DNA of 64,000 nucleotides from Lingula anatina (lineage: Eukaryota > Animalia > Brachiopoda): NCBI GenBank assembly GCA_051362555.1, contig CM120646.1:21328001-21392000 (forward strand), written 5' to 3'. Below are positions 55,338 to 64,000 of this stretch, piece after piece. The notes below the pieces were generated by a model. The model made no database searches. It saw nothing but the letters and a program-made list of their open reading frames with translations, and was not told where the DNA came from. How positions within the stretch are numbered: the first letter of the stretch is position 1; each line of letters starts with the position of its first letter. Made by a program: the position numbers and the translations under genes.

Positions 55338-56053
55338 GAATATTCATATTTCCTCCTGTGTTGCCAGCATCATATTATTTATTATTAATGGATATATATA
55401 TATGGATAATACTTGATCTTTCCAATGGGAAAAATTATGGATTTTACATATACTGAATTTTTATTGTAATAAATTCTTAAAACATTCTGATTGAGTGTTA
55501 ATAACAAAACTGAAAATGAGGCTACCCTTTAGTTTTATTCTCGAGAAGAAAATCACCATATATAGAGATATAATTTTTATGACTCCAAATAAAGTTGCTG
55601 AGGGATTGCTACTTTTTCTCAACTGAAAATATTGAGTCATTGCAGTATAAGTATAGGAATAGGAAACCTGACTTACCCAGTTTTCTAATCTTACTACCTG
55701 TCTTTGGTTCTTAATAATTTGAAAAACCAATGGATGATTTCATAACCAGAATTCACTCGGATTGGTAAAAGTTGCGGAAAATGAACACTTAAGTTCAGTC
55801 AGCTACTTTCTTTGTTTTAAAGACGTTTAGCGAATACTTATTGTTCTCATTGTGTCCTGAAAATATGTCAATAAAGTGAAAGTATTATGCTAAATAAGTC
55901 TTTTCAGGCACTGATTGACACATTCTTTTCAGGCACTTGCATGTAAAATTTGCCTGCAAACAATATTTGGGATGTAATAATAGGATATTGCCATTGTAAA
56001 TAATAAACAGCTGGTATATGATATGTGTGTATAAATTGTTTTTTTGGTAGGAC

Positions 56054-57610
56054 TTAAGTCATACAGATTTTTCTGTAAAGTAGCTGGGCAATGACTTTAC
56101 CTGTATCACCGACAAATGTTACAGGGCCATGCCTTTTCTTTCTTTTTGGACACAAGTAGTGAACATTATCGCATATTGTATCAGTCATAGGATATACAAT
56201 GTGGAATGCATCAAAAACCTCCACACCAAGTTTCTTCATTTCTGTTCCCAGTATTTCATTGGTTGCCGATTTCATGAAATAATTACTATCTTTTCTCCAT
56301 GCTCCACCTGCCTGTATGTTAAGGTAGATCAAGCGAAGTTTTGCATGCTTGGGATTTCCCCTTATACCTCTGATGGCATCAAAGATAATTTTGCTGTGTT
56401 TTAGAATGAGGTGTCTTGCATTTCTACGAGTCACGTCCCATTGACCGAAACCTAGAACTATGACATCGGATGAAGACCATGTAGATCGTGACTTCAGGTG
56501 CTTCTGGAGATTTGCAGCAGCAACATGTGGAAAATTCCCCCACATTGCTGCAATGTTTTCATTGTAGAAAAATAGTGTATCTGTAGTGCCATCGAAGAGA
56601 TGTGGATTTTTCATCTTGAGTAAATACATTAAATAATAACTTATTGCTCTTATGTGGGAGTCCCCAATGAAAGAGATGCTAGTTTTCTTTTTTTGACAGC
56701 TTACCAGTTCAGTTGGAGTCAAAAAAGGCAACAAAAGACCTGTTTTGGACCCCCATCGCCAGGTACCATTAACTTTCCACCAGCGTCCATGCAGGTACTC
56801 TGTTATATTCCCACTAAATGTGTCAGCCTTAATGTTCAGTCTCTTCTTGGATCTTGGACAGACATTGCTATATATATTTAGGATTTTTTCTAGTCTACCT
56901 GGCCATGCAATTTTATAGTTGTTATGGTGCCTGTAGCCCTCAAACTTGACAAACTCCAAGAAGACAGTGATGTTGACACATGTATGTATCCTTGGACAGT
57001 GAGCAGTGTAGGTGCCATTAAAGTAGTCTTGGACAGGACACCACATCCTCTCTCCACCCATTATTGTGATTCTGAATCCACTTCCCCCAGTGGACAGTGT
57101 ACTTTGGCCTTTCTGAACAAATTCAGTGATGTTCAAGATGACAGAATCTGGATTGGGTAGTTTTCGGATTAACTGTACTTCATGATGGTACTGCTTGGCA
57201 TCCGAGTTGTACATTGAATAATTCAAAGGAGAAGTTGTTATATCTGGTTCTTTTGTGAAGTTTGCTATGGTCCAGTAATGGTAAAGTTGCAACATTTCTG
57301 TTGGACCAAAACGTGTGGGCTCTTCAATGAATCTGTCTTCCATTTTTTTAAAATTAATAGGCAGCCGAATGGGCTTTTCAGTGAATCTGTCCTCTAGTTT
57401 TTTTGAATTAATAGGCAGTCGTATGGGCTCTTCAGTGAAACTGTCCTCTGGTTTCTTAAAATTAATAGGTAGAAAGACATTCTTTTGTTCTGCCTGGAAC
57501 ATCATCCGAAATACAACAGAAACAATCAGGAGAACTTTGAAGTAAAAAATATATTGAAGTAACCTATGACTACAATGCTCTGCAACACGCATCTGTATAT
57601 TCCTCTTCAT
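56054..57610 (-). CDS. NXPE/PC-esterase-like copy E (518 aa from the first ATG)
   Basis: ATG at 57610 (MKRN); TM; three 18-aa stem repeats; FIGDSH and CDNVH intact. Confidence 0.87.
   Translation of the reverse strand: MKRNIQMRVAEHCSHRLLQYIFYFKVLLIVSVVFRMMFQAEQKNVFLPINFKKPEDSFTEEPIRLPINSKKLEDRFTEKPIRLPINFKKMEDRFIEEPTRFGPTEMLQLYHYWTIANFTKEPDITTSPLNYSMYNSDAKQYHHEVQLIRKLPNPDSVILNITEFVQKGQSTLSTGGSGFRITIMGGERMWCPVQDYFNGTYTAHCPRIHTCVNITVFLEFVKFEGYRHHNNYKIAWPGRLEKILNIYSNVCPRSKKRLNIKADTFSGNITEYLHGRWWKVNGTWRWGSKTGLLLPFLTPTELVSCQKKKTSISFIGDSHIRAISYYLMYLLKMKNPHLFDGTTDTLFFYNENIAAMWGNFPHVAAANLQKHLKSRSTWSSSDVIVLGFGQWDVTRRNARHLILKHSKIIFDAIRGIRGNPKHAKLRLIYLNIQAGGAWRKDSNYFMKSATNEILGTEMKKLGVEVFDAFHIVYPMTDTICDNVHYLCPKRKKRHGPVTFVGDTGKVIAQLLYRKICMT
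57311..57472 (-). repeat. Coding tandem repeat, 3 x 54 nt, in copy E
   Basis: LPINFKKPEDSFTEEPIR / LPINSKKLEDRFTEKPIR / LPINFKKMEDRFIEEPTR. Confidence 0.9.
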
Positions 57611-58149
57611 CTTACCATCAAGCCTTGCACTAATAAAGCCACTCAAAAATTCAAGATGGTTTTTTGCACAATACTCTTCTCATACTGTGTCACCAGTATC
57701 ATATTATTTATTCAAGCTTCTGCTTCAAGGTTAGGATATTAGTCTTTTAGATCTTGATATTGATATTTAATGCACTTAAATATATATATAGGTTTGTTAA
57801 TTAAGCAATGATACTTTGATCTTGATGACTTCTTTGTTCTACAAAACTTGAGAAAATCAAAGCTTTGGACATACAATGTCAACAAACATTTTTGGGATAA
57901 AATGAGGTTTAGATAGCATTTAGAAGTCAGTCTTTTACTGTACAAAAAACGAGAGTGTCCAATTGTATAAGGCAGTCCTTTTAGAAGGGAAAAAAGAAAT
58001 GTTTGACTAAGTCGATATTTCTTTATACATACAACCGATATATTGATCGAGTAACTTGTAGAATTGCCAAATTTTGGAAAATGTTTGAATGTGTGCAATG
58101 GCTTCTTGCCTCTTTTGCACTGCTCCGCAGTGCTCAGTCTTGCATATCT

Positions 58150-59372
58150 CAGGGATTGTCCTTGGTCAAAATCAGGTTGGGCCATTTTGGCCCACTTGGT
58201 AAAATAAAAGTGGGATATTTTTTAAAAAATGTGTGCCGTGAATTATTTAGAGAAAATTCATTATATTTCAGTATTTTTATATGATTAAAAACAATGAAAA
58301 AGGCTTGATGCTGCTTCTCTAAAGTCCTAAATAGTTGTAGTGTGGAAAAATCTTCCAAAATTAACTGTCTGAAAAATTGTACTGAATGAAAAAAATCTTT
58401 CAGAATTAATAATTGTACTAAGTGCAATAAATGCACTGCATGGAAAAGGTTCACAATTCCTATTTTTATTGTAAAAAAAGCCATTGCTCTTCAAAGAATT
58501 TTTACTCAAAATATTTGCATTGTTTTTTTAACCTGAAAATAATTAAGCAGTGATCTAAGCTGAGAGAAACTGGTCTTGAATATATCTATATTTACATAAA
58601 ATCTAGCAAGCAACTATATAACTTTACAAAAATAAGTTAGCACACCTATTAATGAATTTACACATGAGGGATTTGTGATTATTACACTGATGCAGGGCTT
58701 ATTTTTCAGGGCACCTGTCTGGTCAGGCCTACTGCTAACAAGTTTTACCTGTCCCCAGATGATTTCCATTTGCACAGCCTTCCCCCCCCCCCCCCCCCCC
58801 CCCCCCCAAAAAAAAAGTGCATTTTTTTTCAATATCCAAGCTAGTTCGTTTAGATGAATATAATGGACAGTTTTGCATCCTGACTGTGCCATTGCGGATT
58901 TTCTGCATTGAAAACGATGCTTCCCTCATTTTGACATGCAGCGCCACTAAAGGTGCAATATTACAAAAAATATCCGTTAAAATTTAGTCAAGAGCGCCCA
59001 ATAGAAAAGCAAATGAATATTTATCCTTTTCACTTATTGATTAGTCATCATGTAGTTTGACAGAAGCCATATTTGTTTACCCAGCACATGTTGTTAGGTG
59101 TTCTCAGAGGTCTGTGCACTGCCGGCATAACCAATTCGAGCGGTCTGTTTTTCATTGACCCGTAGTTGTTTCAGTTTCGATATATTTTTGTGAAACAGGT
59201 CACATGTCAGCCCTCACAGCACTTCGAGTGACATCAGATGTACGTAATCTTTATTATGAAATAAGTGTCTTCTATTTGTATGCACCAGTATGGCGCAGGT
59301 TAAAATTTTACTTGCGCCTTTGAGAAAGGGTCCGCGCATTTGGCGCAATTGCGCGGCCCAGGATTATCCCTG
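58150..59372. mobile_element. 1.2-kb non-autonomous hAT-like element with 6-bp TSD ATATCT
   Basis: ATATCT|CAGGGATTGTCCTTGG ... CCCAGGATTATCCCTG|ATATCT; the paralogous empty site TGC-ATATCT-GTCCTTTG is at 63045-63061. Confidence 0.88.
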
Positions 59373-59543
59373 ATATCTGTCCTTTGTTTACAGTATGAAA
59401 CTCCAAACTTAATATTTTTGAAAAGTAATGCGTGTTGGTGTTTCACTAGATAACCAACATCCAGTGTATGTGAGTTATTAGTTCTAGAGTCACACTTGAT
59501 ACCAAGCTATTTATTGATATTTTATTAGTCTCACTGCAGCTTA

Positions 59544-59905
59544 GCCATTGTTCACATGAAAAATCCAAAATCCAAAAATCCATTGGCAGTATCTAGTGAT
59601 GACAGTCCGTGCCCTGAATATCCAGTGGCGTAATTTACTCGCAGCATGAGCGAGTCATTTCCAAAGCTGTTATTAATTCTCAGCTGCGCTTAGAGAAGAT
59701 TCTGACACCTGGACGCATGTGCAGTAATAAATTAGAGAGAAAGGAAATGGCGGCTGCGGTTGCTTTGAAAAATGTGTTTGTCGAATTTGTGCAACAGCAA
59801 GAGGAAGAAGATGAGGTCCATATACACACGACAGATATGAGTGCAACCATCATGATTCTGACACCTGGACGCATGCACAGTAATAAATTAGAGAGAAAGA
59901 AAATG
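59544..59905 (+). mobile_element. Truncated Harbinger-like element end with an internal ~55-bp duplication
   Basis: TTA|GCCATTGTTCACATG...CTGAATATCC..GGCGTAATT resembles 41623-41730; GATTCTGACACCTGGACGCATG..CAGTAATAAATTAGAGAGAAAG occurs twice (~59698, ~59854). Confidence 0.5.
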
Positions 59906-60100
59906 GTGGCACTGCTTGGCATCAGACTTGTACTTGGAAAGAAGTTGTTATATCTGGTTCTTTTGTGGAGTTGGTTATGGTCCAGTAATGGTAGAGTTGC
60001 AACATTTCTGTTGGACCAAAACTTATGGGCTCTTCAATGAATCTGTCCTCTGGTTTTTTAAAATTAATATGTTGTAAGGCTTTCTCAGGTTCTGTCGGGA
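59905..60100 (-). pseudogene. NXPE-like remnant G (stem/N-terminal fragment with deletions)
   Basis: ACTGCTTGGCATCAGACTTGTACTTGGAA...CATTTCTGTTGGACCAAAAC...GGGCTCTTCAATGAATCTGTCCTCTGG matches the paralogs; start, TM and catalytic part are missing. Confidence 0.8.
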
Positions 60101-60710
60101 ATGTGGAAAAAATTGTGAATTTTATAGATACTGAATTTTTATTGTAATAAATTCTTAAAACATTCTGATTGAGTGTTTATAACAAAACTGAAAAGCAGGC
60201 TACTGTATAGTTTTATTCTCAATTAAATGTTTTATAGAGATATAATTTTTATGACCCCAAATAATGTTGCTGACAGACTGGTACTTTCTCCCAACTGAAC
60301 ATATGGAATCGTTGCACTATCAGAATAGAAGAGAACCTGACTTACCCAGGTTTCTCATCTACCTTTATTTGGATTCTTAATAATTTGTAAATCCATTGGA
60401 TGATTTCATTATCAAAGTTCACTCGAGTTGGTGAAAGGTGGGGAAAAATTGACATATATTAAGTTCAGTCAGCCATTTTTCTTTGCTGATAAGACTATAA
60501 GTAAATACTTTTTATTCTTTCTGTGCCCTGAAGATGTGTGAAATAACTGAAAGTGTTATGCTAAATAAGTCATTTCGGGCACTGATCAACAGAAATTCTT
60601 TTCAGGCACTTGTCTGTTTAACTTGCCTTCAAACAATATTTGGGATGTATTAATGGAATACTGCCAGTTCGGATAATAAACAGCTGATATAAATTATTTT
60701 TTGGTAGGAG

Positions 60711-62480
60711 TTAAGTCATACAAATTTTTCTGTAAAGTAACTGGGCAACGGCTTTACCGGTATCACCGACAAATGTTACAGGACCAGACATTTTCTTTTT
60801 TGGACACAAGTAGTTAACAGGATCACATGTTGTATCAGTCATAGGATATACAATGTGGAATGCATCAAAAACTTCCACACCAAGTTTCTTCATTTCTGTT
60901 CCCAGTATTTCATTGGTTGCTGATTTCATGAAATAATTGCTATCTTTTCTCCAACTTCCACCTGCCTGTATGTTAAGATAGATCAAGCGAAGTTTAGCCT
61001 GCTTGGGATTACTTCTTATGGCTCTAATGACATCAAAGATAATTCTGCTTTGATTTAAAATTAGCTGTCTTGCATTTCTTTCAGTCAGGTCCCATTGACC
61101 GAAACCTAGAACTATGACATCAGATGTGGACCATGTAGATCTTGACTTCAAGTGCTTTTGGAGATTTGCAGCAGCAACAAGTGGATTATTCCCCCACATT
61201 GCTGCAATGTTTTCATTGTAGAAAAATAGTGTATCTGTAGTGCCATAGAAGAGATGGGGATTTTTCATCTTGAGTAAATACATTAAATAATAACTTATCG
61301 CTCTTATGTGGGTGTCCCCAATGAAAGAAATGCTGGATTTATTTTTTTGACAACGTAGCAGTTGAGTTGGAGTCAAAAAAGGCAGTAAAAGGCCTGTTTG
61401 GGACCCCCATTGCCAGGTACCATTAACTTTCCACCAGCGTCCCTGGAGGTACTCTGTTATATCCCCACTATATGTGTCAGCTTTAATGTTCAGTCTCTCC
61501 TTGGATCTTGGGCATACATTGTTATACATACTTATTTTTTTCTTTAATCTTCCTGGCCATGGTATATTATATTTGTCATGGTGCCTATACCCCTCAAAGT
61601 TGACAAACTCCAAGAAGACAGTGATGTTGACACATGTATGTATTCTTGGGCAATGAGCAGCGTAGGTGCCATTGAAGTAGTCTTGGACAGGACACCACAT
61701 CCTCTCTCCACCCATTATTGTGATTCTGAATCCACTTCCCCCAGTGGACAGTGTTTCTTGGCCATTGTGAACAAATTCAGTGATGTTCAAGATGACAGAA
61801 TCTGGATTGGGTAGTTTTTGGATTAACTGCACTTGATGATGGTACTGCTTGGCATCAGACTTGTACTTGGAATAATCCAAAGGAGAAGTTGTTATATCTG
61901 GTTCTTTTGTGGAGTTTGTTATGGTCCAGTAATGGTAAAGTTGCAACATTTCTGTTGGACCAAAATGTATGTGCTCTTCAATTAATCTGTCCTCTGGTTC
62001 TTTAGAACTCATAGGCAGTTGTGTGGGCTCTTCAATTAATCTGTCCTCTGGTTCTTTAGAATTCATAGGCAGTTGTGTGGGCTGTTCAGTGAATCTGTCC
62101 TCTGGTTCTTTAGAATTCATAGGCAGTTGTGTGGGCTCTTCAGTGACTTTGTCCTCTGGTTCTTTAGAATTCATAGGCAGTTGTGTGGGGTCTTCAGTGA
62201 AACTGTCCTCTGGTTCTTTAAAATTAATAGGCAGTTGTGTGGGCTCTTCAGTGAAACTGTCCTCTGGCTTTTTAAAATCAATAGGTGGTTGTGTGGGCTC
62301 TTCAGTGAAACTGTCCTCTGGCTTTTTAAAATCAATAGGTGGTAAGGCTTTCTTTTGTTCTGTCAGGAACATCATCCATAATACAACTGCAACAATCATT
62401 AAAAGTTTGCAGTAAAAAATATATTGAAGTAACCTATGAGTACGCTGCTTTGCAATACGCATCTGGATATTTGTCTTCAT
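60711..62480 (-). CDS. NXPE/PC-esterase-like copy F (589 aa), catalytic motifs altered (GDT, DPVN)
   Basis: Intact ORF; TM LLMIVAVVLWMMFL; seven 18-aa stem repeats; FIGDTH and CDPVN. Confidence 0.87.
   Translation of the reverse strand: MKTNIQMRIAKQRTHRLLQYIFYCKLLMIVAVVLWMMFLTEQKKALPPIDFKKPEDSFTEEPTQPPIDFKKPEDSFTEEPTQLPINFKEPEDSFTEDPTQLPMNSKEPEDKVTEEPTQLPMNSKEPEDRFTEQPTQLPMNSKEPEDRLIEEPTQLPMSSKEPEDRLIEEHIHFGPTEMLQLYHYWTITNSTKEPDITTSPLDYSKYKSDAKQYHHQVQLIQKLPNPDSVILNITEFVHNGQETLSTGGSGFRITIMGGERMWCPVQDYFNGTYAAHCPRIHTCVNITVFLEFVNFEGYRHHDKYNIPWPGRLKKKISMYNNVCPRSKERLNIKADTYSGDITEYLQGRWWKVNGTWQWGSQTGLLLPFLTPTQLLRCQKNKSSISFIGDTHIRAISYYLMYLLKMKNPHLFYGTTDTLFFYNENIAAMWGNNPLVAAANLQKHLKSRSTWSTSDVIVLGFGQWDLTERNARQLILNQSRIIFDVIRAIRSNPKQAKLRLIYLNIQAGGSWRKDSNYFMKSATNEILGTEMKKLGVEVFDAFHIVYPMTDTTCDPVNYLCPKKKMSGPVTFVGDTGKAVAQLLYRKICMT
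61965..62342 (-). repeat. Coding tandem repeat, 7 x 54 nt, in copy F
   Basis: (L/P)P(I/M)(D/N/S)(F/S)K(K/E)PEDxxxE(E/D/Q)PTQ units; the last unit ends EHIH. Confidence 0.92.
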
Positions 62481-63424
62481 TTTGCCATCAGATCCTTCAC
62501 TATTGAAACCACTCTAAAATGTATTTGACTATGAATATTGTTTATTGCACAATATTCTTCTCATACTGTGTTACCAGTATCATATTATTTATTCAAGCTT
62601 CTGCTTCAAGGTTAGGATATCTGTCTTTTAGATCTTTATTGATATTTAATGCACTTACATATAGGTTTGTTAATTAGGCTATGATACTTAGATCTTGATG
62701 ACTTCCTTGATTTGACAAAAAATGACAAAAGTAAAGTTTTGGACATACAATGTCAACAATCTTTTTTAGGAAAAGAATGAGGTTGAGATAGGATTTAAAA
62801 GGCAGTTTTTTACTGTACAAAAAAGGAGAGACTTTGAGTTTTAAGCAGCGTCCAATTGTATCTGATTGATAGGCAGTCCTTTTAAAAGGGAAAAAGGAAA
62901 TGTTTGACCAAGTTGATATTTCTTTCTTATATACAACTGATGTATTTTGATCGAATAACTTGTAGAATTGCCAAATTTTGGAAAATGTTTGAATGTGTGC
63001 AATGGCTCCTTGCCTCTTTTGCGCTGCTCCGCAGTGCTCACTCTTGCATATCTGTCCTTTGCTTACAGGATGAAACTCCAAACTTATGTTTTCAAAGTAA
63101 TGCGTGTTGATGTTTCACTCGATAACCAACATCCAGTGTGTGTGAGTTAGTTCTAGAGTCACTCTTAATAACTAGCTATTTACTGATAGTTTACTAGCCT
63201 CACTGCAGTATATTTTTCATTTGTGGTCCATGTGCTCAAAATGATCTTTGGCATGTTTTGGCAAAAACAAGGCAGACTTGGTGCAAAAACTCGATCTAGA
63301 AATCCTTTTGATTTTAAGTCTGTAATCCCAAATTGGATTTTTAAATAATGTGGTGTAAGCTTGATATGCTACAGTGAGACTAGGTTTGACGTGTTGCTTG
63401 CTAACTTTCACTTCTAACCACTAG

Positions 63425-63568
63425 GTGGCGCTGATTGGTGGCGTGCGGCATCTGAGCATGCTCGGAGGCTAGCCACGACCGCAGAACTGGAATATTACAG
63501 CGGGGCTCTCAGCAGCCCTCTGTCGCCCCACTTTGGAACTCTTTCAACCAGCAGTACAGCCGAGTCAA
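63425..63568 (+). CDS. BAZ2B: BAZ2B/toutatis-like gene, third coding exon (gene continues beyond the window)
   Basis: CTAAC branch-like sites and CACTAG| acceptor; phase 1 gives GGADWWRAASEHARRLA...STAES, matching the recalled BAZ2B GAEWWRTTDAHTR block; donor A|GTATGT. Confidence 0.8.
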
Positions 63569-64000
63569 GTATGTGTCAAGTCATCTGATTGGTCAGTTAG
63601 TTATCAGATGGGTATAACAAATATCCTTATAGGTTGATGCAAATTTTTATTTCTGTCCTTTGTCAGGATATCATCAACAAAGTCAGTGGGTCATTTAAGT
63701 GGCACAGTAAGGGATTTTTAAGTATAAAGTTTCTTTTCGAAGTTATTTAAAAGCACAAAGAATGGCCAGTAGCTGATCCTTTTGCTAATCTGAAACATTT
63801 TGTATCTTGACTTCTTCCCAACACTGATGAAAAATTTTAATAAATAAATGAATTAATAAGTAAATTGATAACTGAAAATGGAAATAAAATACAAAAAGAA
63901 TTAAGCAATCTTGAAAAGTCAGCAAACATTAATAGTTAGCCTACCTTTGAAATTGTCAAAAAAGAAGATAAAGGACCAGTTAAACATTTGTTCCAGGAAG

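Noticed and set aside
51409-62415. Recurring + strand ORFs inside the NXPE-like genes (e.g. MVPVALKVDKLQED..., 61969-62415)
   Set aside because: Antisense shadows that recur only because the minus-strand genes are paralogous; no splice-compatible link to the host gene.
57739-63150. ORFs 57739-58185, 62674-63081 and neighbours as a separate gene family
   Set aside because: They lie in the duplicated upstream flanks; frames are not conserved between copies and one is cut by the transposon.

Overview
AT-rich animal (invertebrate bilaterian-like) genomic DNA with spliceosomal introns, microsatellites and MITEs; no prokaryotic features. It holds: (1) a complete three-exon Mnx/HB9 homeobox gene on + (CDS 8464-9073, 14859-15019, 16415-16678; 344 aa) in a CpG-retaining, gene-poor region; (2) a two-exon minus-strand DXD glycosyltransferase of GT32/capsular-polysaccharide-synthesis type (28562-28620 + 26118-27249; 396 aa); (3) the 5' end of a BAZ2B/toutatis-like chromatin gene on +, rebuilt from short exons the ORF track does not resolve (44461-44530, 48676-48834, 63425-63568, plus a probable non-coding first exon ending at 37861), whose body is strongly CpG-depleted; (4) nested antisense inside one 14.6-kb intron of that gene, a tandem array of intronless NXPE/PC-esterase (GDS...DxxH, SGNH-like) type II membrane genes. 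The array has two copies with an intact Ser/His pair, one intact-ORF copy that has lost both (probable pseudoenzyme), one chimeric frameshifted copy, two extra C-terminal cassettes and a 5' remnant. An 18-aa stem repeat is present 1, 1, 3 or 7 times across copies. Family assignments rest on motif recognition from memory, not database searches.
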